Assembly (NCBI GenBank): GCA_023380305.1
Contig: JAMCQZ010000008.1
Coordinates: 5,588-69,587, forward strand
Direction of reading: 5' to 3'
Length of the DNA stretch: 64,000 nt
Origin: Patescibacteria group bacterium
GTDB taxonomy: Bacteria; Patescibacteriota; Minisyncoccia; UBA6257; Colwellbacteraceae
Part shown: piece by piece, positions 48,401 to 57,111 of the stretch
How positions within the stretch are numbered: position 1 is the stretch's first letter
Layout of the letters: the number at the start of each line of letters is the position of its first letter
The notes under the pieces: model-generated
The model's input: only the letters and a program-made list of their open reading frames with translations
Database searches by the model: none
Told to the model about the DNA's origin: nothing
Made by a program: the position numbers and the translations under genes

Positions 48401-48724
48401 TTAGCCGGCGGTCGCGCCAAGAGGCTTGGGAGCAAGTTCGCCCGCTCCCAAAAGGCCGGCGACATAGATTACGATGCCGCAGGCGAAAACCCGGTTTCCG
48501 GCGTCAGTCTTCAGCTTGAAAGAATTGTCTTTGGGATTCAGGCTGATTTCCACCGAAAACTTGGCCTTCTCCGGGACGGGGCGACGATCTTCACCCCTTC
48601 CCGTCTGGTCGCTGACAAAATCGGCCAGCATCTTTTGCAGGACTTCCGGCGTTGCGTTCGTAAAGACCTCGACCTTGTCCGGATGACCGCAATCGAAAAC
48701 GATCTTCGCGACGAGGATAGCCAT
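48401..48724 (-). CDS. Conserved small protein, paralog 1 of a 3-member family (about 107 aa, C-terminus ...GELAPKPLGATAG)
   Basis: MAILVAKIVFDCGHPDKVEVFTNATPE... Shares alignable sequence, leader and terminator with 48914..49249 and 52337..52660. Confidence 0.6.
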   Translation of the reverse strand: MAILVAKIVFDCGHPDKVEVFTNATPEVLQKMLADFVSDQTGRGEDRRPVPEKAKFSVEISLNPKDNSFKLKTDAGNRVFACGIVIYVAGLLGAGELAPKPLGATAG

Positions 48725-48800
48725 TGCGAGCCCTCCTTTTTGGACTTGGATCAGCCATAAACTGACATATTTGGCTGGAAAAGTCAAAGGGATTAAATAA
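48725..48800 (-). promoter_or_regulatory. Conserved 5' leader/promoter region of paralog 1
   Basis: Minus strand: TTGACTTTTCCAGCCAAATATGTCAGTTTATGGCTGATCCAAGTCCAAAAAGGAGGGCTCGCAATG. Contains TTGACT (a -35-like element) and GGAGGG RBS. Near-identical copies precede the other two paralogs. Confidence 0.45.
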
Positions 48801-48913
48801 AATACGAAGCTATGATGATTGCAATTAGGCAGCCGCCGAAATCAAAACGATGGCTAAAACCGGTCGACCGATAGAATAAAAACAGGCTCCTTAGGGAAGA
48901 GCCTGTAAAACAA

Positions 48914-49249
48914 TTAGCCGGCGGTTGCGCCAAGAGGCTGGGGAGCGAGCTCGCCTGATGTCAAAAAGCAGAAAGCATCGCCCAAGATGATACAGTCCAC
49001 GGTCCTATTTCCGGTATTGCTCTTCATCTCGGAAGAATTGTCTTTAAGACTCCTCCTGAGATTCACCGTGAACATAACATCTGTGTCGACGGGACTGTGA
49101 TCTGATCCTTCCTCTTCCTGCTTCTTCACCAGGGGCCGCAAAGCATCAGCCACGAGTTCCTTCAAGGCCTCCAACGTTCCATTGGTAAAGACAGCGATCC
49201 CGTCCGGCCTGGCAGCAAAGAACACTATCGTCGCAACGGAACCATCCAT
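48914..49249 (-). CDS. Conserved small protein, paralog 2 (C-terminus ...GELAPQPLGATAG)
   Basis: MDGSVATIVFFAARPDGIAVFTNGTLEALKELVADAL...; same leader and a similar terminator to paralog 1. Confidence 0.6.
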   Translation of the reverse strand: MDGSVATIVFFAARPDGIAVFTNGTLEALKELVADALRPLVKKQEEEGSDHSPVDTDVMFTVNLRRSLKDNSSEMKSNTGNRTVDCIILGDAFCFLTSGELAPQPLGATAG

Positions 49250-49322
49250 TGCAAGCCCTCCCTTTTTGGACTTGGATCAGCCATAAACTGACATATTTGG
49301 CCGGAAAAGTCAAGAAGACTGA
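49250..49322 (-). promoter_or_regulatory. Conserved 5' leader/promoter region of paralog 2
   Basis: Plus strand ccattgcaagccctccctttttggacttggatcagccataaactgacatatttggccggaaaagtcaag, nearly identical to 48721-48790. Confidence 0.45.
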
Positions 49323-49334
49323 CCGGACGCGAAG

Positions 49335-49973
49335 CTAACGGCAAGCGCAGATCTTGTAGGGGCCTCCGGCCGTGATATTATCCATCTGCACGAAAACCGT
49401 GTCGCTCGGGCAGTCGCATTTGGCAGGAACGGGCAAAGCGCTGACTGTCGGGCCTTCCGGCTGGCGGGAATGGCAAGGCAGACCCCACTCCGCCGAGGTC
49501 TGGCGGCAAACAGCCGATCCCCCACCGAAATTGAAGTTTCCCCAACTCATCTTCGGAAACTTGATATAGCCGCTCTGGACCAGAAAAAGAAACGCGATGA
49601 TGGCAAAAAGAAAAATCATGGGTAAAAGCGGATCCGGCCGGTAGGATTTTTTTCTTCCGCCCGACGCTCCGCCGGAAACTATTTCTCCTCCGGTTTTTTC
49701 TTCAAAATCTCTTTTTCCGCCGTCTTCCTCCACCCCGCCGAAAACGACATAAAGTATTCCCCGGGAAAACAAAGCGAGAAAAACATAATAAAGGATGGCC
49801 GCGACGACCATAAAGGCGATGGTCTCCGGCCGGAGATCGGAAGCCGGCTCACAGCTGATCATCTTTTTCTGCAAAAGCATCCAAAGAATGATCGCGAGCG
49901 GCAGCAGGAGAAGAACGACCTTCCCCAGACGGAAATACCACTTCCGCTCCAAAGACGATCTCTTGATAGGCAT
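49335..49973 (-). CDS. Membrane protein with Gly-rich loop and Cys-rich C-terminal domain (hypothetical)
   Basis: Three TM helices. C-terminal CRQTSAEWGLPCHSRQ...AKCDCPSDT...YKICAC. Confidence 0.5.
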   Translation of the reverse strand: MPIKRSSLERKWYFRLGKVVLLLLPLAIILWMLLQKKMISCEPASDLRPETIAFMVVAAILYYVFLALFSRGILYVVFGGVEEDGGKRDFEEKTGGEIVSGGASGGRKKSYRPDPLLPMIFLFAIIAFLFLVQSGYIKFPKMSWGNFNFGGGSAVCRQTSAEWGLPCHSRQPEGPTVSALPVPAKCDCPSDTVFVQMDNITAGGPYKICACR

Positions 49974-50055
49974 GGTTTGATTAATTATAGCAAGAAGGAT
50001 AAAAAAAGCGACGCCGGACGATTCTCTTCATTTCAAAACGCCGGGCAACAACCAT

Positions 50056-52131
50056 TTAAATTTTTTCCCGACGCAGAAGCGCCGCGTTGAAAGCCACGAT
50101 GATGGTGCTCAAAGACATGAACACGGCTGACAAGGCCGGGTCGAGAATCACTCCTCTCGAAACCAACACGCCGGCAGCCAAGGGCAGAGCGACAACATTG
50201 TATCCGGTCGCCCAGAAAAGGTTTTGGATCATCTTGTTATAGGTCAGCCGGGATAAATGGATGATCTTCACGATATCCCTCGGATCGTTCCTGACGAGGA
50301 TTATTCCGGCCGATTCGATGGCCACGTTTGTTCCGGCGCCGATGGCGATACCGAGATCCGCCTGGGTCAGAGCCGGCGCGTCATTGATCCCGTCGCCGAC
50401 CATCGCCACTTTAAGGCCGCGGTTCTGCAATTCTTTGACTTTTTCCGATTTTTGATCGGGTAGGACCCGGGCGAAATATTCATCGATGCCGAGCTCCGCA
50501 GCCACCCATTTTGCCACGTCTTCGGAATCACCGGTGATCATCGCCGACTGAACGCCCATTTCCTTGAGCGCGCCGACGGCCTGCCGCGATTCTTCCCGAA
50601 TAATATCCGCAAGAGCCATCGCGCCCAAAAACGCCCCGTCTTTGATCGCAAAAACAACGGTTTGGCCTTTTTCACCCGCGTCCTTGATTCGTCCGGAAAG
50701 GTTACCGGGAAGATCGACGCCGGCGCTCTCCAAAAGCGCCTGGCCGCCGACCATGACTTCCTTTCTATCGATAAAGGCTTTTACGCCCCGACCCTTCAAA
50801 GTTTCAAGTTTTTCCGGCTCCTGGAGCCGAAGCCTCCGCGACTTCGCTTCAGAGACAATAGCTTTAGAGACAGGATGCCCGGAAAAAGCGTCGAGGGAAG
50901 CGGCAGACTGCAAGACTTCGTCTTCCGTATGATTGTCCGCGGCCCAGACACTAACGACCCCGAATTCGCCCTTGGTCAGCGTCCCTGTTTTATCGAAAAG
51001 CACTATATCAATAGTCCGGCCGGCTTCGAGGGCCAGCCTCTGTTTCACCAAAAATCCGTTCTGCGCCGCCTTGGTCGTCGAAATGGAGGCAACCAAAGGC
51101 ACGGCCAAACCCAGGGCGTGCGGGCAGGCGATAACCAAAACAGCCACCAACCTGGCTACGGCAAATTCAACCTTGGCGCCGGCCGCGATCCAGGCTATAA
51201 GCGTTATAACGCCGCCTGCCACGGCGATGACCGTAAGATAAAAGGCGGCGCGGTCGGAGAGCACCTGCAACCGGGATTTCGAGCTTTGGGCTTCGGCGAC
51301 CAGGCGCATGACCCCGGCCAAAAATGTTTTTTCGCCGATATTGGTAACCCTGATCTTCAAAGCGCCGTCGCCGTTAATCGTTCCGGCGATAACCTGGTCG
51401 CCCGGGTTCTTATAAACCGGATTCGATTCGCCGGTAACCATAGACTCATTGACAGCCGATTCCCCTTCCATGACGGCGCCGTCGGCCGGAATCTTGGCGC
51501 CGGGTCTCACAAGCAAAATGTCGTTTTCCTTGAGTTCGGCAAGCGGAACCGTTTCGATCTTGCCGTTCCGGATCGTCTCCGCGGTATCGGGAAGCAGTTT
51601 TGAAAGCTCTTTGAGCGCGCCCTGGGCGACCGAGACCGCGCGCATCTCGAGCCAATGACCGAGAAGCATGACGGTGATCAAGGTCGTCAATTCCCAAAAC
51701 AGGGCGTCCGCGCCGGCAAAGACCGCATAAAGGCTCCAAAGATACGCCGCCGAGATGGCGATGCCGATAAGCGTCATCATGCCAGGAAGCCTGCTTTTTA
51801 TTTCCCTCCAGGCTCCGACCAGAAAAATCCAGCCGCCGTAGAAAAAGACTATCGAGCCGAGCGCGAGCGGGATATACGCCGACCCGTAGAATCCGGGCGG
51901 AGACCATTTAAAAATCTTTCCGATAATATCCGAATATAAAACGACCGGGACGGTAAGGACGAGGCTGACCCAGAATTTCCGGAAAAGCGTTTCCGCGCTG
52001 TGGTCGGCGTGCTTGTTCTCCGCGGCTTTTGCCGCTTCTCCGTGGCCCTGATGATCATGATGATCGTGCGTTTTCATAAATGAACTAATATGCGATGATC
52101 GCGATGTTTTTATATTATCAAAAAATCGCAC
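50056..52131 (-). CDS. copB: Heavy-metal translocating P1B-type ATPase (CopB-like: CPH motif and His-rich N-terminus)
   Basis: N-terminal MKTHDHHDHQGHGEAAKAAENKHADH; TM6 CPH (VIACPHALGLAVPL); DKTGTLT; GDGINDAPAL. Substrate (Cu2+/Cu+) is inferred from the motif class only. Confidence 0.85.
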   Translation of the reverse strand: MRFFDNIKTSRSSHISSFMKTHDHHDHQGHGEAAKAAENKHADHSAETLFRKFWVSLVLTVPVVLYSDIIGKIFKWSPPGFYGSAYIPLALGSIVFFYGGWIFLVGAWREIKSRLPGMMTLIGIAISAAYLWSLYAVFAGADALFWELTTLITVMLLGHWLEMRAVSVAQGALKELSKLLPDTAETIRNGKIETVPLAELKENDILLVRPGAKIPADGAVMEGESAVNESMVTGESNPVYKNPGDQVIAGTINGDGALKIRVTNIGEKTFLAGVMRLVAEAQSSKSRLQVLSDRAAFYLTVIAVAGGVITLIAWIAAGAKVEFAVARLVAVLVIACPHALGLAVPLVASISTTKAAQNGFLVKQRLALEAGRTIDIVLFDKTGTLTKGEFGVVSVWAADNHTEDEVLQSAASLDAFSGHPVSKAIVSEAKSRRLRLQEPEKLETLKGRGVKAFIDRKEVMVGGQALLESAGVDLPGNLSGRIKDAGEKGQTVVFAIKDGAFLGAMALADIIREESRQAVGALKEMGVQSAMITGDSEDVAKWVAAELGIDEYFARVLPDQKSEKVKELQNRGLKVAMVGDGINDAPALTQADLGIAIGAGTNVAIESAGIILVRNDPRDIVKIIHLSRLTYNKMIQNLFWATGYNVVALPLAAGVLVSRGVILDPALSAVFMSLSTIIVAFNAALLRREKI

Positions 52132-52299
52132 TGACGGCGATTGAAATAGTTCCTCGCCGCGCCGCCGCCATCTTGATGCGCAAAAAGACGATAAGGAGCC
52201 TCGAAATCAAATCTCTCTGCGGGGAAATCGTCTCCGGACAACAAAAATAGATTGTGGAAATGAAAATGATCTTGAAAGGCTTGAGATAATTTGATTGTT

Positions 52300-52330
52300 T
52301 GAAAAATAAAAGCTCTCCGAAGAGAGCTTA
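52300..52330 (-). terminator. Rho-independent terminator after paralog 3
   Basis: agctctc-cgaa-gagagct hairpin; on the minus strand followed by TTTTATTTTTC. Confidence 0.5.
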
Positions 52331-52336
52331 AGGGGG

Positions 52337-52660
52337 TCAGGCCTTAGCCTTGCCAAGCGGCTGGGGTTTGATCGCGCCGGAATCAATCAGGTCGATCACT
52401 TGGGCGATGATGCCGCAGGTTAGACCCTTGTTGCCGGTGTCGGTTTTGGTCTGGAAAATATCTTCTGAAAGATCCAGACTGACCTCCACCGAAAAATGGT
52501 TCTTTTCCGCGGCCGGGTTCTTGTCCTCGCCGGTCCCCATCTGGCTTCGAAGATACTCGGTTAGCATGTCGGTCAAGGCCTCGTCTTTGGCGTTCGTAAA
52601 GACCTGCGTTTGGTCCTGATGCTCGCAATCAAAAGAGATTCTGGCGATCAGGATAGCCAT
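52337..52660 (-). CDS. Conserved small protein, paralog 3 (C-terminus ...GAIKPQPLGKAKA)
   Basis: MAILIARISFDCEHQDQTQVFTNAKDEALTDML... aligns along full length with paralog 1. Confidence 0.6.
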   Translation of the reverse strand: MAILIARISFDCEHQDQTQVFTNAKDEALTDMLTEYLRSQMGTGEDKNPAAEKNHFSVEVSLDLSEDIFQTKTDTGNKGLTCGIIAQVIDLIDSGAIKPQPLGKAKA

Positions 52661-52740
52661 CGCGACCCCTCCCTGATTGGACTTGGATCAGCCCCAAACT
52701 GACATATTTAGCTGGAAAAGTCAAAACAACCCTAGACTGC
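52661..52740 (-). promoter_or_regulatory. Conserved 5' leader/promoter region of paralog 3
   Basis: Minus strand TTGACTTTTCCAGCTAAATATGTCAGTTTGGGGCTGATCCAAGTCCAATCAGGGAGGGGTCGCGATG. Same element as upstream of paralogs 1 and 2, with a few substitutions. Confidence 0.45.
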
Positions 52741-53002
52741 TCGCCGGCGCCATTACCATCCTGAAATAACACCCGGAACCTCACATCGTCGCTTTGCTCC
52801 TCTCTCACACCTCTCGGTTTGTCCGACAACTGCCGGATCCGTTGCGGGGAACAATCAAGTTCCCCGACCCCCTCCTATACTCAGCCGGGATTAGAGCTAA
52901 TAAAAATACCCGTTACAAGAGTATTTTTAGGTAATTATCCCTCGATTTCAAGTAGTGTATTTGTTATCATACAGATGCCACTAGTTTAATAGAAAAAACG
53001 CC

Positions 53003-53700
53003 ATGAAGTACACAATCGACGATTTCAAAAAGGAGTTTACTACGGATCAGGATTGCATGAACTACATCATTCGTACTCGATACATGGAAAAGAAGCTATA
53101 CCCGATCAAGGGGCGTCCTTCTGTTTATGCTCAAGCTGGCAGGAATGCCAAGCAGGTGTCGCCTTTGGCAGGTACAATTTTTAATAAGAGCGATACTCCG
53201 CTTCACCTATGGTTCTATGCGATCTTCCTCTTGACTACTTCTAAGAATGGCGTGTCCGCGAAGGAGCTTCAAAGACATCTTGGCGTTACCTACAAGTGTG
53301 CGTGGAGGATTACTCACCGGATAAGGAGAGGTCTCATAGATAAAGGTATCTCACTCTTTGGTACAGTCAAGGTCGATGAAACGTACATTGGAGGCGAATA
53401 AGAAAGCTATAAAAAAGGTCAAAAATAATAACCAACGAATTTCCCGCATACAATAAGGTGTTAAAAAGCGGCTATAGCCACAAGAAAATCAGGCACGCTA
53501 TCAAAGAGTACGTTCGTTAAAAGGTGCACAGGAATACAATTGAGGGATTTCGGAGTCAGTTGAAGCGTTCAATCAACGGGACTTACCATGCAGTTTCTCT
53601 AAAGCATTTATAGGCTTACGTTGATGAGTTTTCTTGGAGGTATAACCGCCGTCACTCGGAGAAACCTTTGTTTGCTTTGGCTCTCGCAAGGGTTGCACGA
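53003..53700 (+). mobile_element. Decayed IS1595-family (ISXO2-like) transposase gene remnant
   Basis: N-terminal ORF ...AGTIFNKSDTPLHLWFYAIFLLTTSKNGVSAKELQRHLGVTYKCAWRITHRIRRGL...KVDETYIGGE matches the IS1595 transposase N-region, but the zinc-ribbon cysteines are lost and most of the DDE core is absent. C-terminal remnants (GYSHKKIRHAIKEYVR*, VHRNTIEGFRSQLKRSINGTYHAVSLKHL*, AYVDEFSWRYNRRHSEKPL) lie in different frames separated by stop codons. Confidence 0.65.
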
Positions 53701-53760
53701 GCTTAGATAGAATTTTATGAAATTGTTTTCGTGTAGTCATGTTATACTGTTTTTTCCAAA

Positions 53761-56256
53761 CTATTTTTCGATGGCCATAATCTCTTTCTGAGCTTCCCAT
53801 TTCTTCATGAACGCTTGTCCAATCTTCGTTTTTATTTTTTCGCGCTCCTTAGAGTTTCTTGCCACTGGCAAAAGTATTTCTTCCCAGCGATTCCCTATAT
53901 TGGGAAGCGTTGTATCTATCATAATTTTGTTATAGAGCTGTTGTTTCGTTAGATGATGGGAGAATAAGTAAAGCAGATAAAAAGCGTCTATGCCATATTT
54001 ATTTTCTTCATTTATAACTCGGAATATGAGACTATGATGGTTCAAAAGTATGCCGGTGTCGGTAGGCGAAAGTAATGCCACATCACCGATCCTATAACTT
54101 CCTTCTTTGACGAATACAATATCTTTTACTTTCAGTTCAACGCCATTGCCTTTTACGCTCTCATACACTTCGCGCGGCACCATAGCAGTCGGATTCTTGT
54201 ATACCTCCCAATCAATAATATCCGCCGCACGGACATAAGGAATTTCACCCCTCCCTTTGAATTCGCTTGGTGGTGCACCATGTCCACGGAATTTCTTTAT
54301 GATTCCTTGATCGATTAAGTCTTTTACCGATACAAATTCCAGCCCCAATTTCTTTGCTTCTTCATACAGTCCCTCAATTTTTTTCTGCCAATAATATCTG
54401 GGAACATAAATGTTGTCTTTTACGTTTGAAATATCTACAGAAAACACACACTTATTCTTAAGGCTAGAAACGTCGTCTAATTCATTCCGAATTACTATAG
54501 TGTCGTCCCATATCTCATCGGTAAATCTACAACTTTTCTCATCATATCGGTACATCTTCTCTCCTCTGTGATCATGGCCCATTTCCTCTGCCACAGCCAT
54601 GATTATCGGGTTTTGTTGTGGTTTCCCTTTTTCAAGGATTAGTAAAACAGTCTTGGCATTACAATGGGGACGAAAGGTATTATGAGGGAGGTCAATTACA
54701 GCTTTTATATTGTTATCTTTTTTAAGGTATTCAAGAATATATTTCGTGCTGGGAGCATGGAAATAAGTCTCGGGCAATACGATAGCAAGTTTGCCGCCGT
54801 CGTTGAGCATTTCCAAACACCGCTCAATAAAAAGCTCCTGTATGGCTGTATCTTTAGCTTGGTCTGTCTTAATATACACGCCATCTTTTTCTATCCATTT
54901 ATGGCCAAGGTCAAAATGCTGCGCATCTTCTTTAAAGATTTTTGTTTTACTGCCAAAGGGGGGGTTGGTGAGGATTACGTCGAATTTTTTGAATTTATCA
55001 TCCTCTACGAATAAATCTTTAGCTTTCCCTTCAAATTCTTCTGCTGTATGGAGAGAATTCTGCTGTGCGATACCGCTCTGCCCATCCCCCATGATCACCA
55101 TGTAAGCTTTGGCGATTTTTACCAGATCGATTTCTTTATCTAAGCCGAAGAAGTTTTTTTGAGCGATCTCTTTTTTAAGCGCATCAAGATTCGGAGCACC
55201 TTTATATTTCTTACTTTTGTCCATCACAAGCCAGATATGCTCTAGGGCATGGATAAGAAAACCGCCGCTACCACAAGCCGGATCGAATATGGTCTGGCCT
55301 GGTTGTGGATCGATTATTTTTATAGCCGTTTTGACTACCTCCCGTGGCGTGAAGAATTCTCCTTTTTCTCCGACAAGTTTACTTTCGGCGAATACCTCAA
55401 AGGCGTCTCCTACCGTATCTTTATCAGTTTTAAGTAAACTATATTTCTCTAGCTCACCCACTACGCGAGTGATTGATTTATCATCAAGTTTTATCTCTTC
55501 TTCTTTATCGAAAATTCCATCTCCCACGAGTTCGCTCTTAACCTGATCAAAGAGCGTCTTGACACGCTTGCTTACTTCCCTCGGATTTTCATTGAAACCG
55601 ATGCGGAATTTCGGTAGGGCATCCTGCTCATACCTCTCATCCCATATTTTGCAGAAAATAAGACGTATCATCTCATTCCCAAGCTTCTCACGTCGACTGA
55701 TATTCGTGTTTGAATATAAGGTATTGAGCAATCGCCGAAAAGTGAGCTTAAGGTTGCTCGCCGGAGATAACTTATTCTTGGCAATACGCCCTATATCCTC
55801 AAAGGTCTCTCCATTCTTGGGAATTTGAAAGACAAAATTAGTCTTCACCTCTCCGCTTATCGGATCACGATATAGGTATTCTATATCCGATCCATTAGTC
55901 CACACGCCCCATAGAGCGGACGAGGCAGACATATAGCTTGCAAGCTGTTTGACGCCCTCCTTCTTCGTTGGTCGTTTCGTCTCAACTATGCCTAAAATGT
56001 CTCGGCTCTGCTCACGCTTTTCTTTGTTAGAAGTCTTGTATACAACAATATCAGCACGCTCTTTATTCTTGGCAGAGCTTATCTCCCCGCGTTGGATATA
56101 AACTTCAATATCCATCCGCGCATAATCGTAATCATAGTCATTGAAAAGTACCTCCTCATATTCTTGTCTGACTCTCTCTTCTGGTTTTCTTATGTCTACT
56201 AGCCTGCCAGTTGCTTTATCTTTGATGCAGTCGTCTTTAAGAGTTTCGATCCTCAT
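53761..56256 (-). CDS. Single-polypeptide restriction-modification-type enzyme: N-terminal PD-(D/E)xK (HsdR_N-like) nuclease domain + gamma-class N6-adenine DNA methyltransferase + C-terminal target-recognition region (Type IIG-like)
   Basis: N-terminus RVRQEYEEVLF...ERADIVVY...GIVETKRP (D...ExK). MTase motif I FDPACGSGGFL and motif IV LTNPPFG. About 300 aa C-terminal TRD-like region. No hsdS or hsdR partner nearby. Confidence 0.55.
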   Translation of the reverse strand: MRIETLKDDCIKDKATGRLVDIRKPEERVRQEYEEVLFNDYDYDYARMDIEVYIQRGEISSAKNKERADIVVYKTSNKEKREQSRDILGIVETKRPTKKEGVKQLASYMSASSALWGVWTNGSDIEYLYRDPISGEVKTNFVFQIPKNGETFEDIGRIAKNKLSPASNLKLTFRRLLNTLYSNTNISRREKLGNEMIRLIFCKIWDERYEQDALPKFRIGFNENPREVSKRVKTLFDQVKSELVGDGIFDKEEEIKLDDKSITRVVGELEKYSLLKTDKDTVGDAFEVFAESKLVGEKGEFFTPREVVKTAIKIIDPQPGQTIFDPACGSGGFLIHALEHIWLVMDKSKKYKGAPNLDALKKEIAQKNFFGLDKEIDLVKIAKAYMVIMGDGQSGIAQQNSLHTAEEFEGKAKDLFVEDDKFKKFDVILTNPPFGSKTKIFKEDAQHFDLGHKWIEKDGVYIKTDQAKDTAIQELFIERCLEMLNDGGKLAIVLPETYFHAPSTKYILEYLKKDNNIKAVIDLPHNTFRPHCNAKTVLLILEKGKPQQNPIIMAVAEEMGHDHRGEKMYRYDEKSCRFTDEIWDDTIVIRNELDDVSSLKNKCVFSVDISNVKDNIYVPRYYWQKKIEGLYEEAKKLGLEFVSVKDLIDQGIIKKFRGHGAPPSEFKGRGEIPYVRAADIIDWEVYKNPTAMVPREVYESVKGNGVELKVKDIVFVKEGSYRIGDVALLSPTDTGILLNHHSLIFRVINEENKYGIDAFYLLYLFSHHLTKQQLYNKIMIDTTLPNIGNRWEEILLPVARNSKEREKIKTKIGQAFMKKWEAQKEIMAIEK

Positions 56257-56340
56257 ACTACAATTATCGCACGTAAATCACTATTCCTCCTACTTAAGTT
56301 TTCAACACTTGAAATGAGGGGATACTCACCATTTTTTATT

Positions 56341-56358
56341 GCTCCGACACCTGGAATC
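56341..56358. repeat. Direct repeat of tRNA-Asn 3' end (17 of 18 nt identical to 56792..56809)
   Basis: gctccgacacctggaatc versus tRNA gctccgacacctggattc. att-like duplicate bounding the GIY-YIG #1 segment. Confidence 0.6.
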
Positions 56359-56408
56359 TCACTGCTCGCCAGCGCCACTTTCGTCTTGAAAATGCCTGGA
56401 ATCAAACA

Positions 56409-56660
56409 TTAATTATTCAGATAATTTCTTAATTGTTTGTTAATATATTTTCGGCCGGATCCTCCTTTTAAAAACTTTTCTCTACCTATGGCGTCGCTCT
56501 TATTAAGATACCCCTCAAAATATATCAATCTATATGTTTTTCCTCGAGTGGTCTTAGTGTCTCCAGATTTATGACCTTTAAGCCGTTTTTTGAGATCAGC
56601 CGTAAAACCAATATACAATCCCCTGGTTTCTGTATTTTCAAGGACGTAGACAAAATACAT
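56409..56660 (-). CDS. GIY-YIG nuclease family protein (minimal, 83 aa)
   Basis: YFVYVLENTETRGLYIGFTADLKKRLKGHKSG...REKFLKG, a GIY...YIG module with conserved Arg and Glu. Confidence 0.7.
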   Translation of the reverse strand: MYFVYVLENTETRGLYIGFTADLKKRLKGHKSGDTKTTRGKTYRLIYFEGYLNKSDAIGREKFLKGGSGRKYINKQLRNYLNN

Positions 56661-56789
56661 AATTCAAGTGTCGCGCAAAATAAATTGCTTCGCAACTTAT
56701 CGCCCGACCACGAAATGTGGCTTAGTTACTACGATTGCCTGCGCCACGAGATATTAAAATACCCCCTGGGGGTATTTTAATATTTTTCG

Positions 56790-56864
56790 TGGCTCCGACA
56801 CCTGGATTCGAACCAGGAACCCGCTCCTTAACAGGGAGACGCTCTACCGTTGAGCTATGTCGGA
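56790..56864 (-). tRNA. tRNA-Asn (anticodon GTT), 75 nt including encoded CCA
   Basis: Minus strand TCCGACATAGCTCAACGGTAGAGCGTCTCCCTGTTAAGGAGCGGGTTCCTGGTTCGAATCCAGGTGTCGGAGCCA. 7-bp acceptor stem, D arm GCTC/GAGC, anticodon loop CTGTTAA, T arm CCTGG-TTCGAAT-CCAGG. Confidence 0.85.
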
Positions 56865-57109
56865 ATATGCTGTTTAATGAACTCCCGACCTCTAAAGCTT
56901 TTTAGCTGCTTTTCTCTTTTAAGAGCATCTGCTCTATTCATACATTCCTCTTGATATATTAATACCCATTCACCACTATATCTAGCAGTATAACTTTTAT
57001 CGAAGATCTTATTATTATGCAACTTTAATCTCCCTATTAAATCACTTGTCTGTCCTATATAGATTTTCTTATGATTCTTGTTAAAGATTGCGTAAACGAT
57101 GTAATTCAT
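56855..57109 (-). CDS. GIY-YIG nuclease family protein (minimal, 84 aa)
   Basis: NYIVYAIFNKNHKKIYIGQTSDLIGRLKLHNN...REKQLKSFRG. Its stop codon overlaps the 5' end of the tRNA by 10 nt. Confidence 0.7.
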   Translation of the reverse strand: MNYIVYAIFNKNHKKIYIGQTSDLIGRLKLHNNKIFDKSYTARYSGEWVLIYQEECMNRADALKREKQLKSFRGREFIKQHIPT

Positions 57110-57111
57110 TT

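Noticed and set aside
50662-51603. 313-aa plus-strand ORF (and 51446..51907 minus)
   Set aside because: Antisense or out of frame within the P1B ATPase gene, whose motifs are unambiguous.
52822-52845. Possible third degenerate copy of the tRNA 3' end (tccgacaactgccggatccg)
   Set aside because: Only a 7-nt exact core plus scattered matches, within chance range. Listed in case an alignment tool supports it.
53573-53800. 75-aa minus-strand ORF
   Set aside because: Antisense to the IS1595 transposase remnant and overlapping the RM gene end. No support.
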